From contig DATJGF010000184.1 in assembly GCA_035495315.1 (NCBI GenBank), forward strand, positions 1-43,381: a stretch of DNA of 43,381 nucleotides, in the 5' to 3' direction. The position numbers and the translations under genes were made by a program. This document shows positions 26,631 through 35,831 of this stretch, piece after piece. The stretch comes from Candidatus Limnocylindrales bacterium. GTDB taxonomy: Bacteria; Verrucomicrobiota; Verrucomicrobiia; Limisphaerales; UBA8199. The notes below the pieces were generated by a model that was not told the DNA's origin, ran no database searches, and saw nothing but the letters and a program-made list of their open reading frames with translations. Within the stretch, counting starts at the first letter, position 1, and the number at the start of each line of letters is the position of its first letter.

Positions 26631-26770
26631 CCGTAGCGCAGACTTTCCAGTCTGCCGTGTCGCCCGACATTCTTGTCGGCAGCTTTTGATGATCTCTATC
26701 GATCAAGGGAAACCCAACGCATGCAGGCTCGAAAGCCTGCGGTACGGCAGACTGGAAAGTCTACGCTACG
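26631..26770. repeat. Array of three related palindromes, GCAG(A/G)CT-N4-AG(T/C)CTGC. The outer 26-nt units are near-perfect inverted copies of each other.
   Basis: P1 at 26638-26655 is gcagactttccagtctgc. P2 at 26723-26740 is gcaggctcgaaagcctgc. P3 at 26747-26764 is gcagactggaaagtctac. The 26631-26657 segment matches the reverse complement of 26745-26770 at 25 of 26 positions. The array lies in the divergent region between the flavoprotein gene and yciH. Confidence 0.6.
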
Positions 26771-26952
26771 TGGCGAGGTGCGAAATATCCGGGTTCAGCG
26801 TCTTTATTCATCATCTCGCTGTGATGTCCCCCCACAGATTCAGCCGCAGGAACGAGTTTGAATGCCGCCGCCTTCACGACACTGAGCCCCCAACTCAAGA
26901 TGGGATTTGCTTCCTGGAAACGGGTCCGGCAGGTAAACTTTTCAACGAGCGC

Positions 26953-27345
26953 ATGAGCCATCACAAACATATTCCCCCTGATGAAGGGCACTCCTTTCAG
27001 AACAAGCCATTCGACTCTCTCTCCATCGAAGGTTTGCCGGCAGCGTCCCCGCTTTCCCTGCCTGATGCGGACCCCCGGACGGAAACCGAACCGGTTCGGA
27101 AGAGTCGTGGTCGAGTCGATATCATCCGACAGAAAGCCGGGCGAGGCGGCAAGACCGTGACGGTGGTTAAGAACTTTGTCGGCATCGGCTTGCCGGAAAA
27201 AGAGCAACTAGCCAAAAAGATGAAGGCTTGTGGCACTGGTGGCACCGTAAAGAACGGTCAAATTGAAATTCAGGGAGATAAGCGCGCGGAGGTTGCCGAA
27301 ATCCTGAGGGAAGCCGGGTTCTCCCCCGTCTTTGCTGGAGGGTAA
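26953..27345 (+). CDS. yciH: Translation initiation factor SUI1/eIF1-family protein YciH.
   Basis: The C-terminus GRVDIIRQKAGRGGKTVTVVKNFVGIGLPEKEQLAKKMKACGTGGTVKNGQIEIQGDKRAEVAEILREAGF is the SUI1 domain. The ORF-track ORF beginning at 26611 is an artefactual N-terminal extension through the palindrome array. The real start is the ATG at 26953. Confidence 0.75.
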   Translation: MSHHKHIPPDEGHSFQNKPFDSLSIEGLPAASPLSLPDADPRTETEPVRKSRGRVDIIRQKAGRGGKTVTVVKNFVGIGLPEKEQLAKKMKACGTGGTVKNGQIEIQGDKRAEVAEILREAGFSPVFAGG

Positions 27346-27423
27346 CCACTCACACGGGAACCCACTGGAGATGGCAAATCCAACGCCAATCCGGTTTTCT
27401 AAGCCGGTCGAACTTTTCCGCGA

Positions 27424-27759
27424 TTAGCTCTTAGCTGGCTTGTTGATCCGATGCTCCTTCATCTCGGCGTATACGGACTGTGCCAAACCAGATTTTGCGA
27501 AGGCGAGCACCTTCGTCCCTTGAAGCCCGAAAAACTGCTCCAACTCCGCTGAGGTGTAGCGCTGGACAATCGGGTAGTGGGCAAACTCTGAAAGGATTTC
27601 TTTCCGGCTCTGCTCAGACAGGTCGTCGGTAATTAAGATGAAATGCAACTTGCTCTTGCTGCGTAGCAGGGTTTCCCGCCCGACGAGCAAAATGCGAGCG
27701 CGCAGCACGAAAGGAAACAACCTTTCCACCGCCCTGGCCCGACCCTGGTCCTTCGTCAT
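27424..27759 (-). CDS. YlxQ-like ribosomal-protein-L7Ae-family RNA-binding protein.
   Basis: LRARILLVGRETLLRSKSKLHFILITDDLSEQSRKEILSEFAHYPIVQ…FGLQGTKVLAF aligns in pattern with B. subtilis YlxQ (ARKVVSGEDLV…AKLVLLTEDASSNTAKKV…YKVPY…LGRSIGKEARVVVAV). Its start ATG overlaps the TGA of the upstream helicase gene. Confidence 0.55.
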   Translation of the reverse strand: MTKDQGRARAVERLFPFVLRARILLVGRETLLRSKSKLHFILITDDLSEQSRKEILSEFAHYPIVQRYTSAELEQFFGLQGTKVLAFAKSGLAQSVYAEMKEHRINKPAKS

Positions 27760-29627
27760 GCCACTTTCACCTTGGCTTTACGGCCTTTGATTTGGGCTCG
27801 GTTCAACTTCGCGATGATGCCAGGGGCATGTTCCGAGGCTACTTTGACAAAAAGATGGCGATCGCGGATGTCCAGTTCGCCGATGATTTGGCGAGGCAGC
27901 CCCGTTGCACCGAGAATCGCGCCCACCACATCCGTTTCTACAATGCCCATTTCCGCGCCGACATTGATGAATAGCCGAGTTTGTCCTTCTGGTGCGGGAC
28001 GCCGGCTGGAATCCCTGGAGCGCTCATGAACTGCCGCCTGGTTTTCGTGCCGCACGCGTTCGGCCCGCGAAGGCTTAGTGGCTGCCGCGGCCCTATCCTC
28101 CGGCTTCCGAGGTTCAGCTTCCTGCTTAGCTGCCGGAGGCGGCGAAGGGCTGCTCGCTACAATGGGTCTTGCAGACTCATGCCGGCGAGGTTCTAAACCG
28201 CGCTCATTGCGCGGAGAACGACCGCCACGGTTGGGCGCTCGGCGGTCCACAACGCGTTCGAATCGCGCCTCTCCCCGCACAGGCCTGTCGCGGTCCACCG
28301 GCGATTCCTGACGCGCGGATTCTGGACCAGGCCCATCCCCCCCGCCTTGCAGGTGATGCAGCAAGGCTGAGGCAATGTCCGTCGAGCTGAAGCCCTCTTC
28401 GAGCAAGCGCTCAATCAACTGGTCCTGGCGTTTGTACTCACCACTCCTGAGCGTCGAGCGAATCTTGTCGAGCACCACGTTTGTACGAGCCTCTTCCACT
28501 TCCACAACCGTAGGCGGCCGCCCGCGATGGATTCTCGTATTGGTGTAGCGTTCGATGGTGCGAATTTGGAATACCTCGCGCCCCGAGGCGAAAGAGATCG
28601 CACGGCCGCTGCGCCCCTGCCGGCCGGTCCGACCAATGCGGTGCACGTAATCCTCTCCGTCATAAGGCAGGTCATAGTTGAACACCACCTCGATATCTTC
28701 CACGTCGATGCCGCGCGCCGCCACGTCGGTGGCAACCAGGAACTCCAGGCCGGACTTGCGAAATCTGTTCATGACACGGTCGCGCATCGCCTGTGTCATT
28801 TCGCCATGCAACCGGTCCGCCGAGTAACCTTGCGCGTTCAAATGCTCCACCAGCTCATCCACCATCCGACGCGTGTTACAAAAAATGATGCCCAGCTTCA
28901 GATCATGAATGTCAATCAGCCGCGTCAGCAGCTCCACCTTGAACCGCCGGTCCACTTCGTAATAGACCTGCTCGACCGTCGGCACCGTCAGCGCCTTCTG
29001 TTCAATACGCACGCTCTGCGGCTCACGTGAATATTTCTCAATTAACTGCTGGATTGGGCGCGGGATCGTCGCCGAGAAAAACACTGTCTGCCTCTGCGCG
29101 GGCGTTCCCTGAAGAATCAATTCGATGTCGTCGCGGAAACCCATGTTCAACATGACATCGACCTCATCCAGGATTACCATCTTGACCCGGTTCAGCCGCA
29201 AGGTGCCGCGCCGCATGTGATCCATCACCCGCCCCGGCGTTCCGATCACTACGTGCGCGCCCTGGCGAAGTCCGTAAAGCTGCCGGTCGTAGGATTGTCC
29301 CCCATACACCGGCAAAGCCTGCAACCCGCGTTTGAACAGCGCCAACTTGTGCACCTCCTCGGCCACCTGCACCGCCAACTCCCGTGTCGGGCAAAGAATC
29401 AGCACCTGGGTCGTGCGCTCTTCCACAGTAACTTTTTCCAGCGCCGGTGCCGCGAAAGCCACTGTCTTGCCCGACCCGGTTTGCGACTGACCCACCACGT
29501 CCTTGCCTTGCAACAACAGCGGTATTGCCTCAGCCTGGATCGGCGCGGCCTGTTCAAAGCCAAGCCTGTCAATGGCCTTGAGCAGGTCGCTCGAAAGCCC
29601 GAGTTCAGAAAATAATTTTGCTGCCAT
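27756..29627 (-). CDS. deaD: DEAD-box ATP-dependent RNA helicase (DeaD/CsdA-like) with a long Arg/Pro-rich linker and a C-terminal DbpA-type RNA-binding domain.
   Basis: Q-motif and motifs I (GQSQTGSGKT), II (DEVD), III (SAT) and VI (HRIGRTGRQGRSG) are present. The C-terminus reads RLFINVGAEMGIV…IIGELDIRDRHLFVKV. The start is the ATG at 29625-29627 (MAAKLFSELGL). The ORF track's 737-aa version extends upstream spuriously. Confidence 0.9.
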   Translation of the reverse strand: MAAKLFSELGLSSDLLKAIDRLGFEQAAPIQAEAIPLLLQGKDVVGQSQTGSGKTVAFAAPALEKVTVEERTTQVLILCPTRELAVQVAEEVHKLALFKRGLQALPVYGGQSYDRQLYGLRQGAHVVIGTPGRVMDHMRRGTLRLNRVKMVILDEVDVMLNMGFRDDIELILQGTPAQRQTVFFSATIPRPIQQLIEKYSREPQSVRIEQKALTVPTVEQVYYEVDRRFKVELLTRLIDIHDLKLGIIFCNTRRMVDELVEHLNAQGYSADRLHGEMTQAMRDRVMNRFRKSGLEFLVATDVAARGIDVEDIEVVFNYDLPYDGEDYVHRIGRTGRQGRSGRAISFASGREVFQIRTIERYTNTRIHRGRPPTVVEVEEARTNVVLDKIRSTLRSGEYKRQDQLIERLLEEGFSSTDIASALLHHLQGGGDGPGPESARQESPVDRDRPVRGEARFERVVDRRAPNRGGRSPRNERGLEPRRHESARPIVASSPSPPPAAKQEAEPRKPEDRAAAATKPSRAERVRHENQAAVHERSRDSSRRPAPEGQTRLFINVGAEMGIVETDVVGAILGATGLPRQIIGELDIRDRHLFVKVASEHAPGIIAKLNRAQIKGRKAKVKVA

Positions 29628-29899
29628 GAATAAAAAGCTCCGACACAGAATGTTTCTCCGGCAGCAATCATACCCCGGCCCTGCCTTAGAGCGAGGAACA
29701 AAGTGTTCCTCGAAACCCAGCCGTTCACGGTTTGCTCGGTGTGAGAGTATCGGTCTGTTTGGCTTCGCGCGTCGGCCTTTTCCGCCTGGATCAAACAATT
29801 TGCGAACGAGTTCGCTCTTGCGAAAAATCAGGCGCCGTTCCAAAACAGTCGTCAACGGCTCCAGCCTCTGGTTCAATCCAACCGCTGATCCGGGATGAT

Positions 29900-32704
29900 A
29901 TGAACCGGCTGAACTTACGCTTTGGAAGGTGCGATATGCCGGATATCGCGAAAATTTTCCTCGTTTCATCGCTGTTCTTGATGCCGGCGGGATTAGCCAG
30001 GGTATCAGTCGCTGCTACTGGACCTGTTCACATTGCCACAGATTATCCTCATTCCTTTCAGTACCAAAGCGCGGAGCGGTTTTTTCCCATGGGGGACACT
30101 GGCTACTTCTTAATCGGCCAGCCAACCAACGTCATCGCGCGCTTCATCGATTCACGCCGCGCTCACAAGTTTAACTTCATCCGTATGATGCCCATGGCCC
30201 CTGGGTATTGGCCTTTCGGGGGCACGCCGCGCCAGCCGGACTACACTTCTATTCGCGAGATGGCGATGCAAAAGCTGGATTGGGTCTTTGACTATGCTGC
30301 CAGCCAGGGCATGAACATCGAGTTGATTATCTTCGGCTATGAAGTCGAGCAAGGGGAAGGGCTTTGGCGGAAGGCGGACCATCAGAATTTTTGGGTCGAT
30401 ACACTGGTGAAGCGGTACAAGGACCGCCCAAACCTTTTCCTTTGGACTGTGGCCAATGAATTTGAGCGGTACCCGGATGGCCTTTACAACTTCAGTGCTG
30501 ACGATGTGGAGTGGGTCAAGGCTGTGGCGGCTCAGATTCGCCACACCGACACAATGCATCCGATCGGGGCGCATCCTTCGGTCTGGGTTACCAAGGATGA
30601 TCCCTTCGAGAAGTATGGAGATTTTACCCAGCGCCGTCCTCAGGTGGTTTGGCCTCTCTGGGAAAACAGCTTCGTCAATGTGAACATGACGCAAAACAAC
30701 GAGGGTGTCCAGCCGCGGACCTGGGGCAACTTTACCCCAACGAACCGAGGCCTGACTTACTACTCGACGAACTGGCAAGGGGTTGACTATCCGGTAACCT
30801 GGACGATCAACGGGTGGGAGTTTGAAGCCGCAGGAATGGAAGACTGCATTGCCGACGAGTGGGCGCACGGGAAACCGGTCCTGAACGCCGAATTCGGCTA
30901 TCAATACGAGCCGGGTGGCGAAGCAACCTACGGCGGTAAAACCCGTCAATTTACCACGCCTTCGACTGTCCGAAAAAAGGCCTGGAAGATCGCCACGGCG
31001 GGAGGCTATTTTTGCGCGGGCTATTTGAATGTGGCTGTGAACTACGATTTCACCGCCAAAGAGGTGGATGACTTCCGGCCCGAACAACTCGAGACGCTTT
31101 ACGATTTTTTCACGACTAGGACCGAATATTGGAAAATGGCGCCCCATCTGCAATTGGTGGCATCGTACAACGTGTTGTTGGCGCTACCGGGGACAGAATA
31201 CGTTGCCTATTTTCCGCGAGGCGGAACCAACAGTATCAGCCTCGAGCCTGGTCAGTATTCGGTTGAGTGGTTGCGCGCAGAAACCGGTCACTATTATACG
31301 ATGCCATCGATTATGGCCGCTAACGGCAGTTACGCGTTTATCCCGCCAAACAATCCCGCCACCGATTGGGTGCTGCATTTGCGTCGGCAGAAAGCCGTGA
31401 CGCCGCGCTCGCCGCAGGAGGGTGACTCGCAGGAATCCAAAGCTGCCTCTTTTCCTGAACCGGCTGACTTGCCTCGACAGCCCTCCTTGCCTGACACGCT
31501 GGTTATGCTGGATGGCCGCAAGGTCACGACCCGCGAAATGTGGGTGAAGGAACGGCGACCGGAGCTCATTCGATTATTCCAGCACTATATGTATGGACAG
31601 CTTCCCCCCAAGCCGGCCCTTTCCGCGAAGGTGGAACGAGTGGACGTGGCGGCTTTGGGTGGCAAGGCCATGTTAAGCGAAGTGGCCTTGCGCTTCGGCG
31701 CCTCGGAAGTTCCACCGATTCATCTCATGCTCGTGGTGCCCAACCGGCGCACCGCGCCAGCTCCTGTACTGCTTGCGCTCAATTATTTCGGCAATCACAC
31801 CCTGGTTCAGGACAAGAACGTGCGCCTGCCGGACAATTGGATGCCGGAGTGGGGCGGTGAGGAAGCATCGAGCGCAAAAGTGGTTAACCATCACGCGAGC
31901 GAGGCTGGGCGAGGTTCGTGGGCCAAGTATTGGCCGATTGAAGACCTGATCGACCGCGGCTATGCGCTGGCGACCTTCTACAACGGGGACATCGATCCCG
32001 ACACGCCAGAGCAGCGCGGCTTGCAGAGGCTTTTCCGGCGACCCGATCCCGGGGATGACTGCGGCACCATTGCGGCCTGGGCATGGGGATTGCAGCGCGC
32101 GGTGGATTATCTGGTTACGACGCCAGACATCGATGCGCGCCGCATCGTAGTGACTGGCCATTCTCGAACCGGCAAGGCCGCCTTGGTGGCGGCGGCCTTC
32201 GATGAACGCATCGCCATGGCCATCCCTCACCAAGCCGGCTGCGGCGGTTCAGCTCCGAGCCGGGCCAGAATTGCCATCGGGAAGGCCTACAACACTCTCG
32301 ATAACGTGCAGACCAGACCGCCGGAAACGGTAGCGAACATCAACGACGCGTTTCCACATTGGTTTAACTTGCGGTTCAAGGAATTCAACTCGACACCGGA
32401 ACGGTTGCCGTTCGACCAAAACTGCTTAGTCGCCTTGTGTGCTCCGCGCCCTGTCCTGTTCACCAACGGTCAGCTCGATACCTGGATCAATCCCGCGGGT
32501 CAATTTGAAGTGCTCCGCGCCGCTGCTCCCGTTTACCGGTTGTTGCGTTCGGGTGATTTCACCGCGGAAGAACTTCCACCCAACGGCCACATGATAGGTG
32601 GCGTCCTCGGCTACTATCTCCGGCCCGGCGGCCACTCGCTGCTCCGAGAGGATTGGAAGGTCTTTCTTGATTTTGCCGACCAACACCTTGGTCGGCCGAA
32701 CTAG
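29900..32704 (+). CDS. Secreted two-domain carbohydrate-active enzyme. The N-terminal part is a GH5-like TIM barrel (DUF4038-type) and the C-terminal part is a CE15 glucuronoyl esterase.
   Basis: A signal peptide MPDIAKIFLVSSLFLMPAGLARVSVAA is present (alternative ATG at 29936). An NEF (GH5 NEP-like) motif occurs in VANEFERYP. CE15 nucleophile context is TGHSRTGKAALVAAAFDERIAMAIPHQAGCGGSA, compared with the CE15 GCSRxGKGAL…IP.ESG.GG pattern. Confidence 0.7.
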   Translation: MNRLNLRFGRCDMPDIAKIFLVSSLFLMPAGLARVSVAATGPVHIATDYPHSFQYQSAERFFPMGDTGYFLIGQPTNVIARFIDSRRAHKFNFIRMMPMAPGYWPFGGTPRQPDYTSIREMAMQKLDWVFDYAASQGMNIELIIFGYEVEQGEGLWRKADHQNFWVDTLVKRYKDRPNLFLWTVANEFERYPDGLYNFSADDVEWVKAVAAQIRHTDTMHPIGAHPSVWVTKDDPFEKYGDFTQRRPQVVWPLWENSFVNVNMTQNNEGVQPRTWGNFTPTNRGLTYYSTNWQGVDYPVTWTINGWEFEAAGMEDCIADEWAHGKPVLNAEFGYQYEPGGEATYGGKTRQFTTPSTVRKKAWKIATAGGYFCAGYLNVAVNYDFTAKEVDDFRPEQLETLYDFFTTRTEYWKMAPHLQLVASYNVLLALPGTEYVAYFPRGGTNSISLEPGQYSVEWLRAETGHYYTMPSIMAANGSYAFIPPNNPATDWVLHLRRQKAVTPRSPQEGDSQESKAASFPEPADLPRQPSLPDTLVMLDGRKVTTREMWVKERRPELIRLFQHYMYGQLPPKPALSAKVERVDVAALGGKAMLSEVALRFGASEVPPIHLMLVVPNRRTAPAPVLLALNYFGNHTLVQDKNVRLPDNWMPEWGGEEASSAKVVNHHASEAGRGSWAKYWPIEDLIDRGYALATFYNGDIDPDTPEQRGLQRLFRRPDPGDDCGTIAAWAWGLQRAVDYLVTTPDIDARRIVVTGHSRTGKAALVAAAFDERIAMAIPHQAGCGGSAPSRARIAIGKAYNTLDNVQTRPPETVANINDAFPHWFNLRFKEFNSTPERLPFDQNCLVALCAPRPVLFTNGQLDTWINPAGQFEVLRAAAPVYRLLRSGDFTAEELPPNGHMIGGVLGYYLRPGGHSLLREDWKVFLDFADQHLGRPN

Positions 32705-32714
32705 TTGCTCAGGT

Positions 32715-34856
32715 ATGCCACACCGCACAAATCGCCGTAAATTCATAACTGCCGCCGCCGGCTCCAGCTTGGGAGCACTCGCGGGCGGTTGCCTTTCCGC
32801 TCGAGGAGCCAGCGATGCCAGGAAAAGCGGTAAGGCCGGGAGCCCAGCCTCAGGCTCGGCAGCTATTCCAGCGTCCCGTGGAGTCGCCACCAAGTTCTGG
32901 ATCGATCCCAGCATCGCCGCCTGGCGGCCGAGCCCGTGGAGAAAGGTCCACATTGAGTTCCACAACTCGCGGCATATGCCCAAGCTCGGCGAGCGATTCA
33001 ACGCCGACGAGTTTGGGGACCGGCTGCTTGAAGCACATGTCACGGGCGCTACCGTGTTCGCTAAGGATATGTATGGTTATTGCTACTACCCAAGTTCCCT
33101 GGGGACGATGCATCCTGCATTGTCCTTTGACATGTTGGGAGCGCAGGTGGCGGCCTTGCGCAAGCGGAAGATCCAGGTCCTGGCTTACTACATGACGACT
33201 CTTAATCCCCAACTTGCCGGGAGCCATCCCGAATGGCTGAATGTTCGCCGACCGCCGGCCAGCCCCGCCTCCAAGTCCGAGAAGACCTCCCCCACCGACC
33301 GGGAATATAACCCGTGGGAGTGGTCTTTCAGCCTTGCCCAAGAGGATTTCGTGAAAGGGGAACTTGCGCGGCTCAAAGAGCTTGTATCGCGCTATGAGCT
33401 CGATGGCGTCTGGCTCGACGGCATTGGTGCCGATGCGCTGAGCGTGTCGTTCCTTAAGCGTGTCCGGGAAGTGATCAAGCAAACGCGCCCGGCCTGCCTC
33501 GTGTGCCCCCAAAACCAAGGCAGCTTCTACGGTCTGGGCCAGCGCGTCCCGTTTGTCGATTACTCCTCTCAAGAGGCGCTTTTTACCGATGCGCAACATT
33601 ATGGCTACCACTATTTCCCGACGGTCATTCGCTACGCCCGCGGTTATGGGATCCCCTTCCATGGTTGCACAGTGATTTTCAAAGATTTCTGGGCCGATTT
33701 CGGCGGCTTGAAATCACCCGCGCAGATGCAGACCGAAGCTGCCTCCTTTGTTTCCCAAGGCGCTCGATGCGACATCGGGGACCAGGTGCATCCCGATGGC
33801 AGGCTCGATCCAGCCGTCTACCACGTCATCGGAGAGGCCTACGAACGCATCGCGCGGATTGAGCCCTACCTGGAGCAGGCAGTGCCAGTCACTGAGGCCG
33901 CGATGCTCGGAAGCGGCGATGCACCGTGCAACGACGTCAACTACGGCTGGGTTAAGCTGTTGAACGAATCGAAGGTGCAGTTCGATATTGTTGAGCGCGA
34001 CGTGAAATGGGAAGAACGCTATGCACTTGTGATCTTGCCTGAGAATTTGTGGGTGGATCAGGGTCTGGCCTCCCGTCTGCACGCATTCATCGACGCCGGC
34101 GGAGCCGTGATTGCTGCCCACAGCTCCGGCCTGCTGGCGGGCACGGAAAAAAGCTGGCTCGAAAAATACGGGTTGTATTATGCGGGAACGTCGCCGTTCA
34201 TCCCGGCATACATGGTGCCGCGCGTTAATTTTACCGGAGACATTCCCTCGTTCGCCTACGCCTTATATGGAGGTGCTTCGCAATGGCGAGCCGAGGCACC
34301 GGCGACTACGCTGGCCGCTTTGGGTGAACCGCTCTTCCAGCGCACCCCGCAACATTTCAATAGCCATGCGCAAACACCTTTCGATCATGCCACCGAATAC
34401 TCGGCCCTGGCGCGGAGCGGTCGGGTGGCGTTGGTAGCTTTTCCGTTAGGACAGGACTACTACAATCAGGGGTTCTGGATCTACCGCCTGGCTTTTCAGA
34501 AAGCACTCAGCGAAGTGCTTCCCACGCCACTTATCCAGACCGATGCGCACCTGAGCACTGAATTGTCGGTGACGCATCAGTCGGCAAATGCCACCAATGG
34601 CCGAAAAGAACGCTACCTACTGCATATCGTGAACTACTCGCCTGTGCGGAAGACTCCCAAGCATACCGACTTTTATGATGATCCTGTCCCCCTCAATAAC
34701 ACGACGGTACGCGTCAATTTGCCGTTAAGAGGTGCTACGGCCAAAGCGCTCTACGCTGGCCAGGAATTGAAGGTGCGTCATACCCTCTCCGGCGGCGCCG
34801 AAGTCACTGTGCCTCGCGTGGACATTCATGAAGTGGTGTGTTTTGAACTTTCGTGA
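32715..34856 (+). CDS. Tat-secreted putative glycoside hydrolase with GH42-like architecture (a TIM-barrel-like N-terminal region followed by a GATase-like trimerisation-type domain).
   Basis: A Tat motif NRRKFITAAAGSSLGALAGG is present, with the ATG at 32715. The middle segment YALVILPENLWVDQGLASRLHAFIDAGGAVIAAHSSGLL resembles the Glyco_hydro_42M pattern. Family assignment is tentative. Confidence 0.45.
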   Translation: MPHRTNRRKFITAAAGSSLGALAGGCLSARGASDARKSGKAGSPASGSAAIPASRGVATKFWIDPSIAAWRPSPWRKVHIEFHNSRHMPKLGERFNADEFGDRLLEAHVTGATVFAKDMYGYCYYPSSLGTMHPALSFDMLGAQVAALRKRKIQVLAYYMTTLNPQLAGSHPEWLNVRRPPASPASKSEKTSPTDREYNPWEWSFSLAQEDFVKGELARLKELVSRYELDGVWLDGIGADALSVSFLKRVREVIKQTRPACLVCPQNQGSFYGLGQRVPFVDYSSQEALFTDAQHYGYHYFPTVIRYARGYGIPFHGCTVIFKDFWADFGGLKSPAQMQTEAASFVSQGARCDIGDQVHPDGRLDPAVYHVIGEAYERIARIEPYLEQAVPVTEAAMLGSGDAPCNDVNYGWVKLLNESKVQFDIVERDVKWEERYALVILPENLWVDQGLASRLHAFIDAGGAVIAAHSSGLLAGTEKSWLEKYGLYYAGTSPFIPAYMVPRVNFTGDIPSFAYALYGGASQWRAEAPATTLAALGEPLFQRTPQHFNSHAQTPFDHATEYSALARSGRVALVAFPLGQDYYNQGFWIYRLAFQKALSEVLPTPLIQTDAHLSTELSVTHQSANATNGRKERYLLHIVNYSPVRKTPKHTDFYDDPVPLNNTTVRVNLPLRGATAKALYAGQELKVRHTLSGGAEVTVPRVDIHEVVCFELS

Positions 34857-35024
34857 AAAGTCCCGATCGCTCTTCGTGGCAGCGAGCAAATGATCGCTGA
34901 AGCGGGGCAAGAAACAGTTGTTCTCGGACTCCTACGCGACTCAGTTGTTAACCGCCGGGCGAAATTATTCCCCATCCGACTATGATTTCTTTGAAATATC
35001 CGCTGGAGGTCCGGGAGCTGACCA

Positions 35025-35798
35025 TTAGGCCAGGGCAGAGGTGTAATTGAGGTGTTTCAATTTCAGAACCTCGGCATGCAACTGCCTTGCGAGGTCCTTG
35101 CGATTGGTGCTGCCATTTCGGAGCTCGGCGAACTGGACCGCAACCTCGACTCGCCTTTTGCTCAGGAGGTTTATCAAGTGGGGCACGAAAGTCATATCCT
35201 TCCAGTAACACACCTCTTCACCCACATCGCCGTCCTCTAATCGGTAAGCAATCAGACTGGCCGTCAAGGGATGGCCGCATCCCGTGGCTGGTTCCAACAG
35301 GGAAGATTTAAATGGCAAGACAGTCTGGCCACCGGAACTGGTGCCCTCTGGAAACAAAATCACCAATGCCCCACTGTCCAGGAGAGTTCGCAGCTCTTTG
35401 CTCAATTCTCCAACCTGGAGCTTTCTTTCCCGTTCAGCGAACAACGTGCCTCCCAGACGAGCGAACCAGCCGAAAATCGGCCAATGCATCACTTCGCTCT
35501 TGGCAACAAAAACCGACGGGGTCAAAGCACTTAATGCCAGGATATCCAGGTAGCCTAAATGGTTGGAAACGAGAAGTCCGGTCCTCGGCACTTTGCCGGT
35601 GGATCGAACTTCAGCATTGAAAACACGCAAGACGCGACGGCAACCTTGTTGCAGCCACTGCGCGCGTGCCTCGATCAACGTTTGGTCCTTCCGAAAAACG
35701 ACGCGGAAGATATAGAGCACCGCAATCAGGATCAACTCCCACGCCAGCCAAGTGACCCGCGTAACCACCCTCAAAGGATGTTGTAGTGGTCCCATCAT
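35025..35798 (-). CDS. Lysophospholipid/1-acyl-glycerol-3-phosphate-type acyltransferase (PlsC family; OlsA/GlsA-like).
   Basis: An NHLGYLD (HX4D) motif and a FPEGTSS motif are present, with N-terminal TM segments. Confidence 0.8.
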   Translation of the reverse strand: MMGPLQHPLRVVTRVTWLAWELILIAVLYIFRVVFRKDQTLIEARAQWLQQGCRRVLRVFNAEVRSTGKVPRTGLLVSNHLGYLDILALSALTPSVFVAKSEVMHWPIFGWFARLGGTLFAERERKLQVGELSKELRTLLDSGALVILFPEGTSSGGQTVLPFKSSLLEPATGCGHPLTASLIAYRLEDGDVGEEVCYWKDMTFVPHLINLLSKRRVEVAVQFAELRNGSTNRKDLARQLHAEVLKLKHLNYTSALA

Positions 35799-35831
35799 GA
35801 CAGTGTTGCGTCCATTGGCGTTGGCTAAAGA

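Noticed and set aside
26611-26952. The N-terminal 114 codons of the track ORF 26611-27345.
   Set aside because: These codons read through the palindrome and direct-repeat array, and the peptide shows a repeat artefact LESLRYGRLESLRY. The SUI1 domain begins only after the internal ATG at 26953.
29628-29969. The N-terminal 114 codons of the track's 737-aa helicase ORF.
   Set aside because: The region before MAAKLFSELGL (KRGKFSRYPAYRTF…) shows no helicase conservation. The Q-motif region begins right after the internal ATG, so this is more likely 5' UTR.
30152-31153. A 333-aa minus-strand ORF.
   Set aside because: It is antisense to the GH5-like/CE15 gene and has no motifs.
32850-33662. A 270-aa minus-strand ORF, with the overlapping 32426-33043 ORF.
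   Set aside because: They are antisense to the Tat-secreted glycosidase-like gene and to the CE15 gene. Their composition is low-complexity.
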